Assembly (NCBI GenBank): GCA_965645245.1
Contig: OZ287067.1
Coordinates: 1-64,000 of the forward strand
Length of the DNA stretch: 64,000 nucleotides
DNA from: Massalongia carnosa
Lineage: Eukaryota
Reading direction: 5' to 3'
Of this stretch, positions 33,943 to 46,577 are shown one piece after another. Made by a program: the position numbers and the translations under genes. The first letter of the stretch is position 1; every line of letters begins with the position of its first letter. A model generated the notes under the pieces. That model was not told the DNA's origin, did not search any database, and worked only from the letters and a program-made list of their open reading frames with translations.

Positions 33943-35359
33943 ACTGGTAGATAGCACACTTGCTAATCACGGAGATAGTCAGTCATATTCTTATGGGTTT
34001 CGCAAACCTTTGTCTATAGTGTTCGACTAAAAGCGGTTGCGCCCGTAGCATATGCTATTGTACTACGGGATTGTTATAACGTCTTATTTCGTCGGTTGGG
34101 TTCAATGTCGGAAATGGTGATATAAGCTAGTAAATATTGCTATGAGTCGATTCCAATATCGAAGGTTCATTCGGAAAGCAAATACTCAGACGCAGTTAGA
34201 TATAAAGGAAAGAATTGAAGTAGTGCGAGACGTAAAGTATCCGAGTCTAGGAGCCCCAGCCACATTTGGATCATCTTGGCGGGCTGCATCGCCCACGTGC
34301 GGAATACGTTTCCGCACCCTTCCGTTAATATTCCTGTATCGAGTTCACGTTGATGTCATTCAGTTGGGAAGACACGTTTGAGCCTCAATCTGCTAATTCT
34401 AGTTCCATCGAGGACATTCTGTGTGACCCCCTTTTAGGGGGAGAGTTGGGCACAGGCTAAATGCTTTCTTAACTACAGTGCTAATAGCCCCGTAGCCTGC
34501 ATGATCAAGATGCAGGTTTTAAAAAAAATGCAAAGGCAGCCAATATAGCAGAAGCACGAGAACCAACTCGAAAATCGCTACTGCTCTCCCTGCGCCCAAT
34601 TTCTATCCAACTTGCAAGAATCACCATTCGGACAAGGCTGAGAGGCGTATTGATCAATCCCGACGGCAAGATTTAGTGTGCCCTTCGTGCTACACTCCAT
34701 GTTCACCAGCAAAATGCTATATTAAGTCCCGCATGTAAAAGGACTTAAGTACTAACTAGACGTGCTCATGGCTCTTGGTCCGGATAGTTTGTCCAAAGCT
34801 GAGGCAGGGGAACAAAGCTTTTCCTCTCTCAAAGCCTCGCTTATTAGCGCACTAGTTGCCCCACGGCCAAAATCTTTGGATGCGAAGGTGTGCAACGACA
34901 TGCCGAAGCAAATGATCTTGATGTTGACGAATTAGATTTTGGATACAATCTTGATTATAGCCTCTATCCTCTCGACAACCTCTGCTCTTTGCAGTAAATC
35001 TTTGAATCTGTACCAGTGTCATCAACATCTTGCGAATCTTCGGAATTTCTTCGACGAATACGCTTATTGAGTGCCTAGACATCTGTCAAATTATAGGATA
35101 ACTAATCCTAAACATCAGTGGTAACTCAGGATGATATATCCGAAGGGTTAGTCCGGCCCGACTAGACACGTGGCCTCCCCCCTTAGATAGATTCCCACTT
35201 TTCCACATCCTCCACAATACAATCAACATCTACCCAATTCCCTGATTATGCCTTTTGACCCTTATATATTTGACAGTTATGAGCCCGGATAGTCGTAAAG
35301 ACACCGCAAATCGTCAAGAGCATTAGATTCTTAAATTTAACGAGACAGCAATCGCGAAA

Positions 35360-36412
35360 ATGGCAGCAGAATCCAAAACGATGAGGACAATCCTCGAGAC
35401 ATCAGAGGATTGGGAGACGTGGTATGATGAATTGAAAACGATATCAGCTAACGAGTTTTGGAATATGGCAAATCCAGACCAACCTACTGTTCTTCCTGCG
35501 GCAGCTCCCTACAAGCCGGTAGTAGCAGACATAGTACAAGGAGAGACACTATACACAAACCTCTCAGCCGCAAATCAGCGAATGTTCGATAATGCAAGAA
35601 AACATTACGAGTCGGATCAGAAAGACTATATAAGACAAGAAACCTCGTTGACGACGATAAGAAAACACATAGTAGAAACAGTTCCGATCACAAACCAAAC
35701 GAGCAATAAAGCGATTATGTCAGTAAAGGAGTGTCTCATTATCTTACGAAACCTTATGGCACCTCCGACGGGACATTCTATGGCGTTGGCGAAGGAGAAA
35801 TATGATAAGTTGCTTAGGATGAAGGCGAAACCACTAGACTGGTTGGATAAGTGGGAGAAGGTAGTAGCCAAGGCCCGACAACACGATTTGTCGGAGTTCA
35901 AGCACGGAATATGGCTTGGAAATATGTCGTCGTGGATGAAACCACACGCACCAGAACTATCCTATGCACTTCGATCCAGAGGCAACGACGCCGCAAGAAA
36001 TGACATATCGCAATATCCAGAAGTCCTACGAGAAATCCGAGAATACTTGAGAGATGGAGTGAAGCAGACGGTCCGGGGAGCCGCGTTCCAGACATTAGTG
36101 GACGACGAAGACGAAGATAGCCTACTAGAAGAAGTAGCCAATACAGCCACTAAGAGAAAGAGGGCAAATACAACTGGACAATCTCACCGTGGAGGGAAAA
36201 GGCACGATAAGATATGCCCTGCGTGTGAAAGAGCAGGCCATGATCTCGAGAACTGTTGGTTTATATTCCCAGAAGGGAAACCAGATGACTACACTCTAGG
36301 GAAAAGGAAAACTAAAGAGGTAAACACTAGAGTGGATAAGGACAGGAAGTTAAAAAAAGAAGTCGAAAGGATAAGGAAGGATAAAAAGAAGGTTGAGGAG
36401 ATTCCACCATAG
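35360..36412 (+). CDS. Copia-2 Gag
   Basis: 350-aa ORF after the PBS with CPAC...H....CW knuckle; ends in TAG in frame with pol. Confidence 0.85.
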   Translation: MAAESKTMRTILETSEDWETWYDELKTISANEFWNMANPDQPTVLPAAAPYKPVVADIVQGETLYTNLSAANQRMFDNARKHYESDQKDYIRQETSLTTIRKHIVETVPITNQTSNKAIMSVKECLIILRNLMAPPTGHSMALAKEKYDKLLRMKAKPLDWLDKWEKVVAKARQHDLSEFKHGIWLGNMSSWMKPHAPELSYALRSRGNDAARNDISQYPEVLREIREYLRDGVKQTVRGAAFQTLVDDEDEDSLLEEVANTATKRKRANTTGQSHRGGKRHDKICPACERAGHDLENCWFIFPEGKPDDYTLGKRKTKEVNTRVDKDRKLKKEVERIRKDKKKVEEIPP

Positions 36413-39400
36413 CAAATATCGTTGGTGGACCACCAAGGTCTTCACGAATCAACGTCGGTGGATCATCAGAATCAAGACGAATCAATAGACGCTGCATTCC
36501 TTCTAAATCATCAATCAGAAACATTACTTCCTTCTTCATGGCCTGACGACATCCTAGATTCCGGAGCCTCCATACATGTCTTCAATAACATAGCTCGTTT
36601 CCAGAACTTCACTAAAGCATCAAAGATCATATACATACAAGCCGGATCATCAAGGATTTCAATCCTTGGTTACGGTAGTGTCAGAATACCTATACTCCGA
36701 GAAGATAAATCTGAGGGGGTGATGAGACTATCGAACGTGGCATATTGTGTGGACTTCGTGGTAAATCAAGTGTCGTTTCAACAACTAAGAAAGAGAGATA
36801 TATACTGGGACACGGAAAGGAATGTTCTATACAAGAAGACTAATAAAGGACGAAGGACAATTTGTCTAATTCATCAAGTTGACGAACTTCCTGCATTCCA
36901 AAGGTCAGATTCATCTAGTAAGGCCGCATTGCTAATAACTCCAATACCTCGTCGTCGTTCAGGAAAACCTAGATCCTCCTCAAAGGGAGATGCCTTCATC
37001 TGGCATTGTCGTATGGGACATCCTGGACCAATAAGCCTTCACAAACTAGGAGAGAACTCATTAGGTGTTACACTATTAGGGCCATCGACCACTCAGTGTG
37101 AGGCGTGTAGTCTTGCAAAGATGCATAGACAAATATCACGTCGGCCAGGAAATAGAAAAGTGACGAAGCCATTCCAGGAACTGCACATAGATTGGACGGA
37201 TTTCGATAAGGCCATGGATGGTTTTATACGAACAATGTTTATCACAGACAAATATACTGGATTAGTCATACCTTATTTCATGTCAACACACGGAGAGGAG
37301 TCAGAAACCCTCAAGATTCTCAAAGACCTAATGGCTTGGTGCAAGCAACGGAACCTACTGATAGAAAGGATACGGTCAGATTTGGAGTTGAATAGAAAGC
37401 GTACCAACAAGTGGTTGTCATCGGTAGGGATAGAATTCGAACCTTCCGCTCCTAGAACTGCAGCACAAAATGGTGTAGCGGAACGTTCAGGGGGTGTGAT
37501 AGTGACGAAGGCGAGGGCGATGTCAATAGGAGCTAAGTTACCATCAAATCGCTGGAAGGAGGTAATAGATGCGTCAACGTATTTATATAATAGGACTCCT
37601 AGAGAGGCTCAGTCCTGGAAATCACCGTTCGAAACATTCTACAAAACCAAACCTCAATTGGCCCATTTAAAGGCCGATGGCTGCAGAGCATATGCGATGA
37701 CTGAGGACGCTCAACTTCATAAGAACAGACGACAGAAACTCCAACCCCGTGCATATATAGGACACCTGGTAGGATACCGATCGACGAATATCTTTAGAGT
37801 GTGGATACCAGAAAGACATGGTGTCATCTCCACACGAGACGTGATATTCGATGAGTCCAGATTCTACGAAGGACAGTTACCCGAAGAAGGAACGTCTGAA
37901 GTAGAGAGAGAGACCATCATAAAAAGGATCGAGTTGCCAGTGGCTGAAGCAATAAATGAAGGCATCTTAGAGGAAGATGTGGAGATACTGGAGTATCATA
38001 ATGATGAAACAGAGGATATATCTGACGTCGATAGGCTTGATAGAGCAGACAAATTGATCGAGGATCTACGCCAAGCAGAGGAACAAGAACGTGGATTACC
38101 AACACCACTACCAGATGAGGATGACGAATTAGCCATGGCACTTCATGCTCGGTTAGAAATTGAAGATATACATGAGGCAAGCTGCTCTCAATGTGACTTC
38201 GACAATAATATCTATATCAATAAAGAAGCACCACGCATCCAAACATCAGAACTCGGGGCATTTGCCGCTGGTCGGTTGTTCAGTAAGTTCCATAAGTTAA
38301 TCTACCCCCACCTCCCAAAACCATACGTGACCTGGAGGGTCACATGTTCGAGTCTCACTTCATCGATGCCATCAGAGAACATCTCGGTAAGCATGAGAAG
38401 ATGGAGACGTTTGAACTAGTCGAAAGCAAGCATACCATAAGACATCATGTGCTGGACTGCATGTGGGTTTTCACCTACAAGACAGACAGTGATGGCTATT
38501 TGGTAAAATGCAAAGCTAGATTAGTAGTATGTGGGAATCAACAAGAGGTTGGGGAACTACCAACACGAGCGACCACTTTGGCCAGCTCAGCATTCAGGTC
38601 CATGATGGCGTTAGTTGCGAAGTATGATCTAGAAACTAGACAACTCGATGCAGTAAATGCATTTGTCAACTGTCCGCTGGACGAGGTGGTATACATACGT
38701 ATTCCACCATATTATCCATTCACAGGTAGGCATTCGCATTCGCCGTCGAGCGGGCGGGCACTGAAAAGAGGACGAATCTTTCAGAAGACCAAACAGCGGC
38801 GACCCCTGGTGAAATTATGACTTCTGTAAAAGGAAGGCCTTCACACCCAAGAGAAAACGCGGCCATTCTAGGTGAGAAACCATTCTGGAGAACTAGTCGA
38901 CAATGACTGATCACCCTTGAATCGGTATAGTCCCGGACAGTAAAGCTCAAAGGTGGAAAAGGTTAAATCAGAGATGTGGTCTAAAACAAAAATATGTGTT
39001 AAGACTGAGAAAAGCACTCTACGGCCTGAGACGGTCACCATATCTATGGCAGAAGCATCTGTCAAAAACATTTCAATCCATGGAATTTAGGGCCATACCT
39101 CAAGAATCATGTATAATGATGAGAGGCGGAATCCTAGCAACCAAGTCGTAGGGGTTGGTTGCACCGGGACGAAAAGTCTTCCTACATCTCAAATACCCAG
39201 GCCTACAACTCTCGAAGGTTTTCGTCCCCCGCGGCTCCTAGCATTCTATTATATGGATGACACGGTATTTTGTTGCCACAAATCGATCGAGGGTCAGGCC
39301 TTGAAAGCCATCGAGCATTTATGTTCAATATACACCATGAAATCACTGGGGGAAATCGAATGGTTCTTAGGAATCAGAGTCATAAGAGATAGGTCTAAAC

Positions 39401-40369
39401 GACTTCTATGGCTATCCCAAGAGGCCTATATTGATAAGATGGCTACAATTTCGATGTTCAACTAGATAAGAAACTACCAGATACTCCTATGATATCAACT
39501 CAATATACAGTCTCAGAAAACAAAGCTTCCCATCAGTCCATTCACTTATATCAACAAAGGATAGGAACAGCCCTATTCGCAGCCATAACCACCAGACCAG
39601 ATATCGCATTCACGGTGTCCAAACTATCCCAATTCTCCATAAATCCTTCCGATGAACATCACCAGGTAGCGATGCGAGTCCTAGAATACCTATACGCCAC
39701 CAAAACCCTGGCGATTCAATATGAAGGAAAACAAGAGGAAGGGATACAAGGGTTCCTATGTGCTAGCGACGCGTCCTTCGCGGACAACAAGGATAGGAAA
39801 AGTTCTCAAGGATATATAATGACGCTGTTCGAGGACCGGTTGCATGGAAAGCAAGCAAACAGGCGACGGTGACCACATCGAGCACTGAGGCCGAATTGCT
39901 GGCCTTGTCGGACACCACCAAAGAAGCAATGTATCTAAGACGACTGTTAAAGGCCATCAAGGTGAGACTGGAGGGACCGGTGATCATCGACTGCGACAAC
40001 AAACAGACTATCAACTTGATAACTAGTGAGGATATGAAGCTTCAAACTCGGCTTCGCCATGTGGACATACATAATCACTGGTTGAGACAGGAATATCAGG
40101 CCGGTAGGGTGTCGATAAGATGGTTGGCCACAGCTAAGATGCCGGCGGACGGATTGACGAAGACCTTATCAAGGCAGAAGCATGAGGGATTCATAAGATT
40201 GATAGGATTGGTGAACATATCGGACAGATTGGACTCGATACGAAAGATGGAAAGTTTGAAAAATCGTCTAATGCATTCACAATCGGGCGTTCAGGTGGCG
40301 TATTTCGGAGGACAAAGCATCAAGATGAGGAATATAAGGGATTATACTGGACTGATTCCAGATCTATAA
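36413..40369 (+). pseudogene. Copia-2 Pol (PR-INT-RT-RNase H) with frameshifts and two insertions
   Basis: ILDSGAS, WHCRMGH, QNGVAER, CKARLVVCG, LRKALYGLRRSP, YMDD, SDASFAD, STEAE. Confidence 0.9.
39140..39235. other. 96-bp insertion flanked by an 8-bp direct repeat in Copia-2 RT
   Basis: TCCTAGCA at 39132-39139 and 39236-39243; removal restores GGILAFYYMDD. Confidence 0.8.
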
Positions 40370-40875
40370 ACGGTGTTTCTAGATCTGAGGGGGTGTGTCA
40401 AATTATAGGATAACTAATCCTAAACATCAGTGGTAACTCAGGATGATATATCCGAAGGGTTATTCCGGCCCGACTAGTCACGTGGCCTCCCCCCTTAGAT
40501 AGATTCTCACTTTTCCACCTCCTCCACAATACAATCAACATCTACCCAATTCTCTGATTATGCCTTTTGACCCTTATATATTTGACAATATCACATCATA
40601 AATTCGAGGTGCGCCGCTCTAATGAAATTGTCCAGAGTTTACAACTAAAATGCTAATACAACTGAGAATGGAAATCTTTACATGAAGACTCACTGAGAGA
40701 TCTTGTTCAGGTAAGCCTCATTGCCTCGAATGGAGTCTTGTGTTACATCTGTGAGCTGGATATATAACAAACTCTATTGCTCAGATCTAAGATTGATGAT
40801 CATGACAAAACAGGCATGTTCCACAACCACAAAAGACAAGGGATGTATACGCCAGTGGATCAAACTGTATCTGTT

Positions 40876-43130
40876 TCACGATGCATCATCATCCACATCA
40901 AGACGTTCCAAAGCGTCAACGAAATCTTCGGTTTCTCTGTGCTCATTCCATATATCCGCTCGGTCTGCACCTAGCAATTGAGGGCCGAAAGATACTATCG
41001 TGCAAACATCGTTTCCCAACATCAATCGTTCAAAAGCACTTTGGAGCTCGGCACTTAAATCGTGTCTTAGGGTGAAGAGATCCTGCGCACCCATCCCGTT
41101 CTTGTCCAGCTTAGCAAGGTCAAGCCTTGCAATTCAACCTTTTCAAGGATGTTCATCGTCTTAGGGTCTTCATATAGTGCTACAATGTGCAAGACTGACG
41201 ACCCATTCTTGTCTCGGATACATGGTAATGGTCGATGCTGAACTAAAGCTTGGAGTGAGCTGTGGTGATTGTGTTGGACGGCTTCAATAGTGGTGGATAA
41301 CCCCAAGAATCGCAAATTGAAGCGTCTGCTCCGGCAGACAGAAGATATTCAAGGCCCCTGAACTTGCCCATTCTCGCGGCATAACCCAGAGAAGTAAGTT
41401 GATGACAATCCTGAAAATCCAGTTTTGCTCCCCCTTTGACGAGGACTTCTAGAATCTCAGGGTCATCTTGATTGCAACTAGCATATATGAGCGCTGTACG
41501 GTTCCAGTAGCCGACAGCATTGACGTTCGCGTCAGAATCAATGAGTGCTTGTAAGATTCGCGGACCCTTACGGGTAGGGTTTTGAGAGGCCCAATGTAAC
41601 GGTGTTTGTCCTCGTACGGAACTGGCATTTGGGTCTGCTCCATGCTGAAGCAATATGGTGACGGAACGTGGATCGCCCCTTGTCGCGGCCCAGGAGATTG
41701 CGGTTCGACCATCCGCGTCCTTGTCATCTATGTTTGCTGTGGACAGTTCTAGTTGTTGCTTCAAGTCCATCGATATCAAGCCTAACACGATCTTGTGCAG
41801 AGGTGGAAATGCTCGAGACTCAAGATGCTCCTCATCATCGAAGAGGCAGCGCCATGCATCTATTGTTGAGCTTCGAGCCAAGCGGCCAAACATGCGGCCC
41901 CATGCAAGGGAAATCGTAGTCCTATTTCACTCTTAGCGCACATACAACCAAATGTTATATCAAAGGTTTCCGGACGCTTGCTCTTTATCCTCCAACAACG
42001 GGTCGGCTCCAGAATCGATCAGAAATTGAGACATTTCCTGGTGATTATAATTTACTGCGTACTGAACAAGAGCTCCCATCATCAGCAGCCATCATTCGTT
42101 CTACATTAAGGCGGGGACAGCTCACGTGAAGAGCGGTTCTACCATTATTTGCGCTCATGTCAAATGGTGAAGCAAGTCCTAATTTGAATAATCTCTGCAT
42201 TTCTGACATATTGCCTTGAACAGCAAATGTGAAAATGTCTGAATTGCCATCTACGACTCGTGGCGCGTGTAGAGAGACCTGTGGGTCATTCATGTACGTT
42301 AGAGAGACTGCAAATCAGATCATTCGAGCCCAAAGCCATTGAGGGAAATGATAAGTCATCTTCAAGGTTGGTATAGATTGCTTTCGACAGTTTCTTTCGC
42401 TACACCGCTGTCGCTGTAAAGGAAAGCCTGATAATCCAATCGAAAGGGAGCCAAAGGCGGGTTCGGTGCTTTTGGGTATTTGGAAATGATTCACCAGATG
42501 GCAAGAGCAACCGCACCAGCCTTCGCATTGGCTCTCACTATATCTCGAGGCCCTGATGCGGACTGTACTATAGCTTTGCAACCTAGTTTTAGATTGCTCA
42601 TCGTCTAAATGCCTTGGAATTATCTCACACTGCTCCACTGCATCAGCAGAGCATTGGCCTGTCACCCCAAGCCTTGGCTCGGCATTGCTGGCTGATGACA
42701 CTTCTGACGGGTCACTTGGGTCCAAAGTATCCAACAACCTCTGCTTGCACACTTGTTCCAAGATGGCTTCAAAATATTCTGGTTGCTGGAACATATCGAT
42801 ACACTTTCCATGTAATGTCTCGAATGTCTCAAATTGTGATTGAATACGGGATAAATCCAACCTGCGTGGGGAGCATCGAATCAACGAGACTGACTTTCAT
42901 TATCTTTGACAAGTGTTGGAGAACCTACGAATGAGCAGCACCCCAGAGTGCAGATATACTAGTTCTCGTGCTCTTGAGCTCCTCCAGCAGAGCCTTCACT
43001 TTGTGTCTCTGCCTTATCCAGGATAGTCGTGCTGCCTTGAGCTCACCATCTGGCGTCTTTGTGCGGATCAGCCTGCCTTTGATGCCCTTGCGCATCACGT
43101 TCCTCAATGCCCTCTCCAAGACAGGTGTAG
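40876..43130 (-). pseudogene. Fungal ankyrin-repeat gene with a helical N-terminal region and Cys-rich linker; frameshifted, 5' end unclear
   Basis: WIRQRHKVKALLEELK helical segment; CEGWCGCSCH...YHFPQW; ankyrin motifs GRTALH, GRTAISWA and GQTPLHWA; frame break near 41290. Confidence 0.78.
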
Positions 43131-43735
43131 ACTAATCGTATTTCAGAGACTTCTCTTATAACTGTTTGGAACTCGTGGTCAGCCGAATGCAGAGCTCGAA
43201 GCTGGTGTAGACTTGATGATATCGTTGTGCAGATACGATTGTGTCAGCCAATTTAGTAGCCAAGCAGTGAGCGATATGTAGCTTGGATACGGTAATATAT
43301 TAACCGAATCCCAACATTCCAAGAAACTTAACTTTAGATAATTTGGGAATCCTTTCAATGCAAGCAATTATCACCCCAATTCCAAGTGTCTATCTAAAAC
43401 GTAAATCATTCTTCAATTACCAAACGCTTAGATCAATGAATCAAGCTCAACAGTTTGACAAGAAAGAGTAAAATATAGTTAATGCAACAGAGATGCAAGA
43501 GAAAGCAGCAGACGGAATAGAGTAATTCAAATCAGAGGTAGCTAATGAAAAAGACGAGAATAAATAAGTGACGGATCGCTTGACAGAAAATTTCAGAATA
43601 TATTCAATGCAGTTGTTAATTCGTACTGCTTCTTGAGCTAAAGATATATGCAGAAGATTTATCAATCATGACGAAGTTTCATCTTGTCTCAAAGTATGAT
43701 TAGCGACCGCTTCTCGCTATGCTGATTGCTATATA

Positions 43736-43849
43736 TTCCGTTCTGTGGTGTTCTGATCAAGCGAAAGTCAAATTATCAAGATTCAAGAATAATACAACGG
43801 ATTAATTCATAATGCTGATTTCAATGAAAGATAACAGCAATTCTTACTA
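43736..43849 (+). repeat. Dispersed direct repeat, paralogous to 61874-62003
   Basis: ttccgttctgtggtgttctgatcaagcgaaagtcaaattatcaagattcaaga...ttcttacta is shared, with a short indel. Confidence 0.85.
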
Positions 43850-44597
43850 TCAAAGCTATCCAAATATATGGAAGAAAATTATAACTCTAAGCATCATTGA
43901 GAAGCAGCATCAGTCCTTCCTGTCAAACAAATTGTGTCGTGACTAACTAGTCAAATGCTACTCGAGATTCAACAACATCAGGTTCTGAACATCAGACGGC
44001 CCATTTCCGAAATGCTACTTTCGGGTTGAAAAATGCAGACTAGTGAAACGCAGCCACCTTATGTTTATTGCTATTCTAGTGTTTGGGCAAAGTCCTGACC
44101 CTAGGGTGTGGCATGACACCGTTCGTGCGCCGTCCGCGCCGGGTACGGAGCCGTAACGGGTAGTCTACGGGGTCCATGGACGCTGTAGATGCGAACCCTG
44201 GGGTCAAGACATACTCCATCTATCTAAGCGACAGACTGTGTAGGAGAGGGCGAGTGGGAGAAACAGCGAAACACGATTTTTGATGAGTGTTGATGAGGAA
44301 AGAGAGAAGAGATGGGGAGATGGATGAGGTGAAGAGTTTTTCACCTCCCTGCTAGCGTCCGGCCCTATCCCGCTTACACGCCTGGTGCCGTCCGTCACGG
44401 TGACAACTTCACTAGCCCCCAGCAAGCTGGTGCGTTGTGTCAAGACCCGTGAACTATGCTGAGTACAATATAATTAATTTTAACTATGGTTTCTTTTACT
44501 ATGACGGGCTTTATCATGATATGAAGACTAGCCGGTCATGAATGACAACTGGCTTGCAACGTTCAACACGAAGTAATCCTGAGCATGATCATAGGTG

Positions 44598-44715
44598 CTA
44601 AATTGGTAGATCTGGAGGCACAAGATCAGCACGGGCGGACAGCGTTAATTTGAACAGCAGAACGAGAAGGTGGTGGAGATGTTGCTGGACAAGGGCGCGG
44701 AGTGAATGTTCAAGG
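44598..44715 (+). pseudogene. Isolated ankyrin-repeat relic
   Basis: Translates to DLEAQDQHGRTALI* ... EKVVEMLLDKGA with a stop and a frameshift. Confidence 0.6.
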
Positions 44716-44973
44716 TAGAAGGTTTGACGACTTCCTGCTATTTGGAACAGTTAGAGCGCACTGCTTAGGCCTCTCTGCTAACGCGGGCGAGTGTAAAACC
44801 TAGGGGTAGTCGCGTGCGTCAGCGAGCTTGATCATTCTGTCACTCATGTTCTGAGCTTTCAGCTTTGGACAAAATAAAAAGTAGTATTCTTACACTGCTT
44901 TGTTCATCAACCGCTCAGAAGATCAAGTTTCAAAGGTAATAATGGGATTTAGTTCTGAATTATATGAATCGCT

Positions 44974-46207
44974 TTAAGACTCCAATGATAAACTCTCCAT
45001 CTGCCACTCATTGATAGCCTCAAGCGAAGACTCTGTATCAGGATGTTGAGGACCCAATTTGTGTTTTTGTAGCTGAAAACATTCCTTTAGCAGTGAGAGA
45101 GCCTCATCATTGCGGCCTTGAGACTTCCACGTGAATGCAAGGTTATTCATGCTAGGCAGCGTGTCTGGATGCTCCGCCCCTAGCACCCTCTTTATCGTCT
45201 CCATCACTTGCACCTGCAGCTCTTCGGCCTCCGTCCATCGTCCTTGATTCCAATACGTCAATGAAAGATTAGCCATGCTAGTCAGCGTGGAAGGATGCTC
45301 CGCCCCTAGCACCCTCTTTCTCGTCGTCATCACTTGCACCTCCAGCTCTTCGGCCTTCGTCCATCGTCCTTGTTCCTTGTATGCCAAGGCTAGCATAGCC
45401 ATACTATTCAATGTCTCTTCATCCTCTGGACCAAGCACTTTTTGCCTGGTTCTTGTTGCTTTTAGGGCCATTGTCGCTGCTTCAGCGTAACTCCCTTTCG
45501 CCCACGCATACCGTGCAGCGCGATATAGTATCAAGGCCCAATCTTGTAATGAGCTTTCGACAGCTGGCTCCTGCGCTACTGCCGACTTTGCGTGAGGAAA
45601 AAGCGCTTGACACTTTGTCCAATTTTCGTAATTTCCCGTCGGAAATACTGTACAGAGATTCTTGATGTATTACTGCTTCCATCTTTCGAGCTGATTGGAT
45701 GCTTCTAGCCACTTTCTGATGGCTAGCTGCACTAGCCCGTGCATCTCAAAGGTGGTTTCATTCATGCTGATGGTGATGAACGAGAAGTTTCTCAAGACAA
45801 GTATGTCGGCTTCAAACTCGTCGACGCTGGAATCGAACACGGTATCCTTATCGCTATCGTCTTCGTGGTCATCATCTTCGTCATTTCCAGCGTTTTCTCC
45901 CGTGTTTTCATTTCCTGCCTCGTTTTGTGTCTTGAGTAAAGCCTCAGGAATTCCCTGTCGATCGAAAAAGCTCATAAGCGACAGCAGATTAGCTGCCGAA
46001 GGCTTGATCTGATGAATATGATCAAACAATATTTGCCAGGTTATAATGATTGAATTTTTAGCCTCCAGGTCCCTGCGAAGATGTCCCGCTTCGTGATTCA
46101 ACAGACTGGTCTTTCTTTATCATTTTTATAGAACTCTTTTATATACTGTCGAACAGAATATCTTGGTACTCTTGGTCGAATTTATGCGGCCGCTTGAACG
46201 ATGGCTA
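44974..46207 (-). pseudogene. NB-ARC-TPR (NLR-like) gene, 3' half; 5' part lost at the Tc1-like insertion
   Basis: AIVQAAA*I, LLSLMSFFDRQGIPE, FEMHGLVQ; TPRs LGAEHPSTLTSMANL; in-frame stops. Confidence 0.88.
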
Positions 46208-46577
46208 TGAGCGTATGCAAAATGATTTGCAATTTCGCTTATGAAAACACATACCACCAACATGACCCCACCATTCAAACTCCAAATCTTAATTTTCCTA
46301 GATATTGTCACGGTACTGCCTCGCTAGCACCCGAATCGAGTCACGGCGCTAAGGCTTGAATGATAAGTGAGGGTTAGGCTCAGCATGGTTAGCGAGATCA
46401 ACGGAAAGATTATATCTTTGCTTTCGCTGTTGAGATTTTCTTTCTTCCTTGTCGAACGTCTTGTAAATATCCGATAGCCTACATATAGCAAAGACTTCGT
46501 ACCACCTGATCTTATCTCATTGAGTCCTTCTCGTCACACTACGTTCGACCTACCCTATCAGCTGGTACGCCTTTGCT

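Larger units (their letters stand above)
35084..40587 (+). mobile_element. Full-length but degenerate Ty1/copia element (Copia-2)
   Basis: 192-bp TG...CA LTRs at 35084-35275 and 40396-40587 with five mismatches; TSD ACATC/ATATC; PBS GTTATGAGCCC; purine tract before the 3' LTR. Confidence 0.95.

Noticed and set aside
39110..39235. Hammerhead ribozyme (ATGATGAG...CGAAA)
   Set aside because: The core CUGAUGA is not matched, and the ATGATGAG part is RT coding sequence outside the insert.
44100..44450. Possible solo LTR in a GC-rich patch
   Set aside because: No TSD or second copy found, so it cannot be supported.
46206..46212. 3-bp TNA target duplication for the Tc1-like element
   Set aside because: The 29428 copy shows the host LTR ending at TA, with TTA belonging to the TIR; all three ends fit an ordinary TA TSD.
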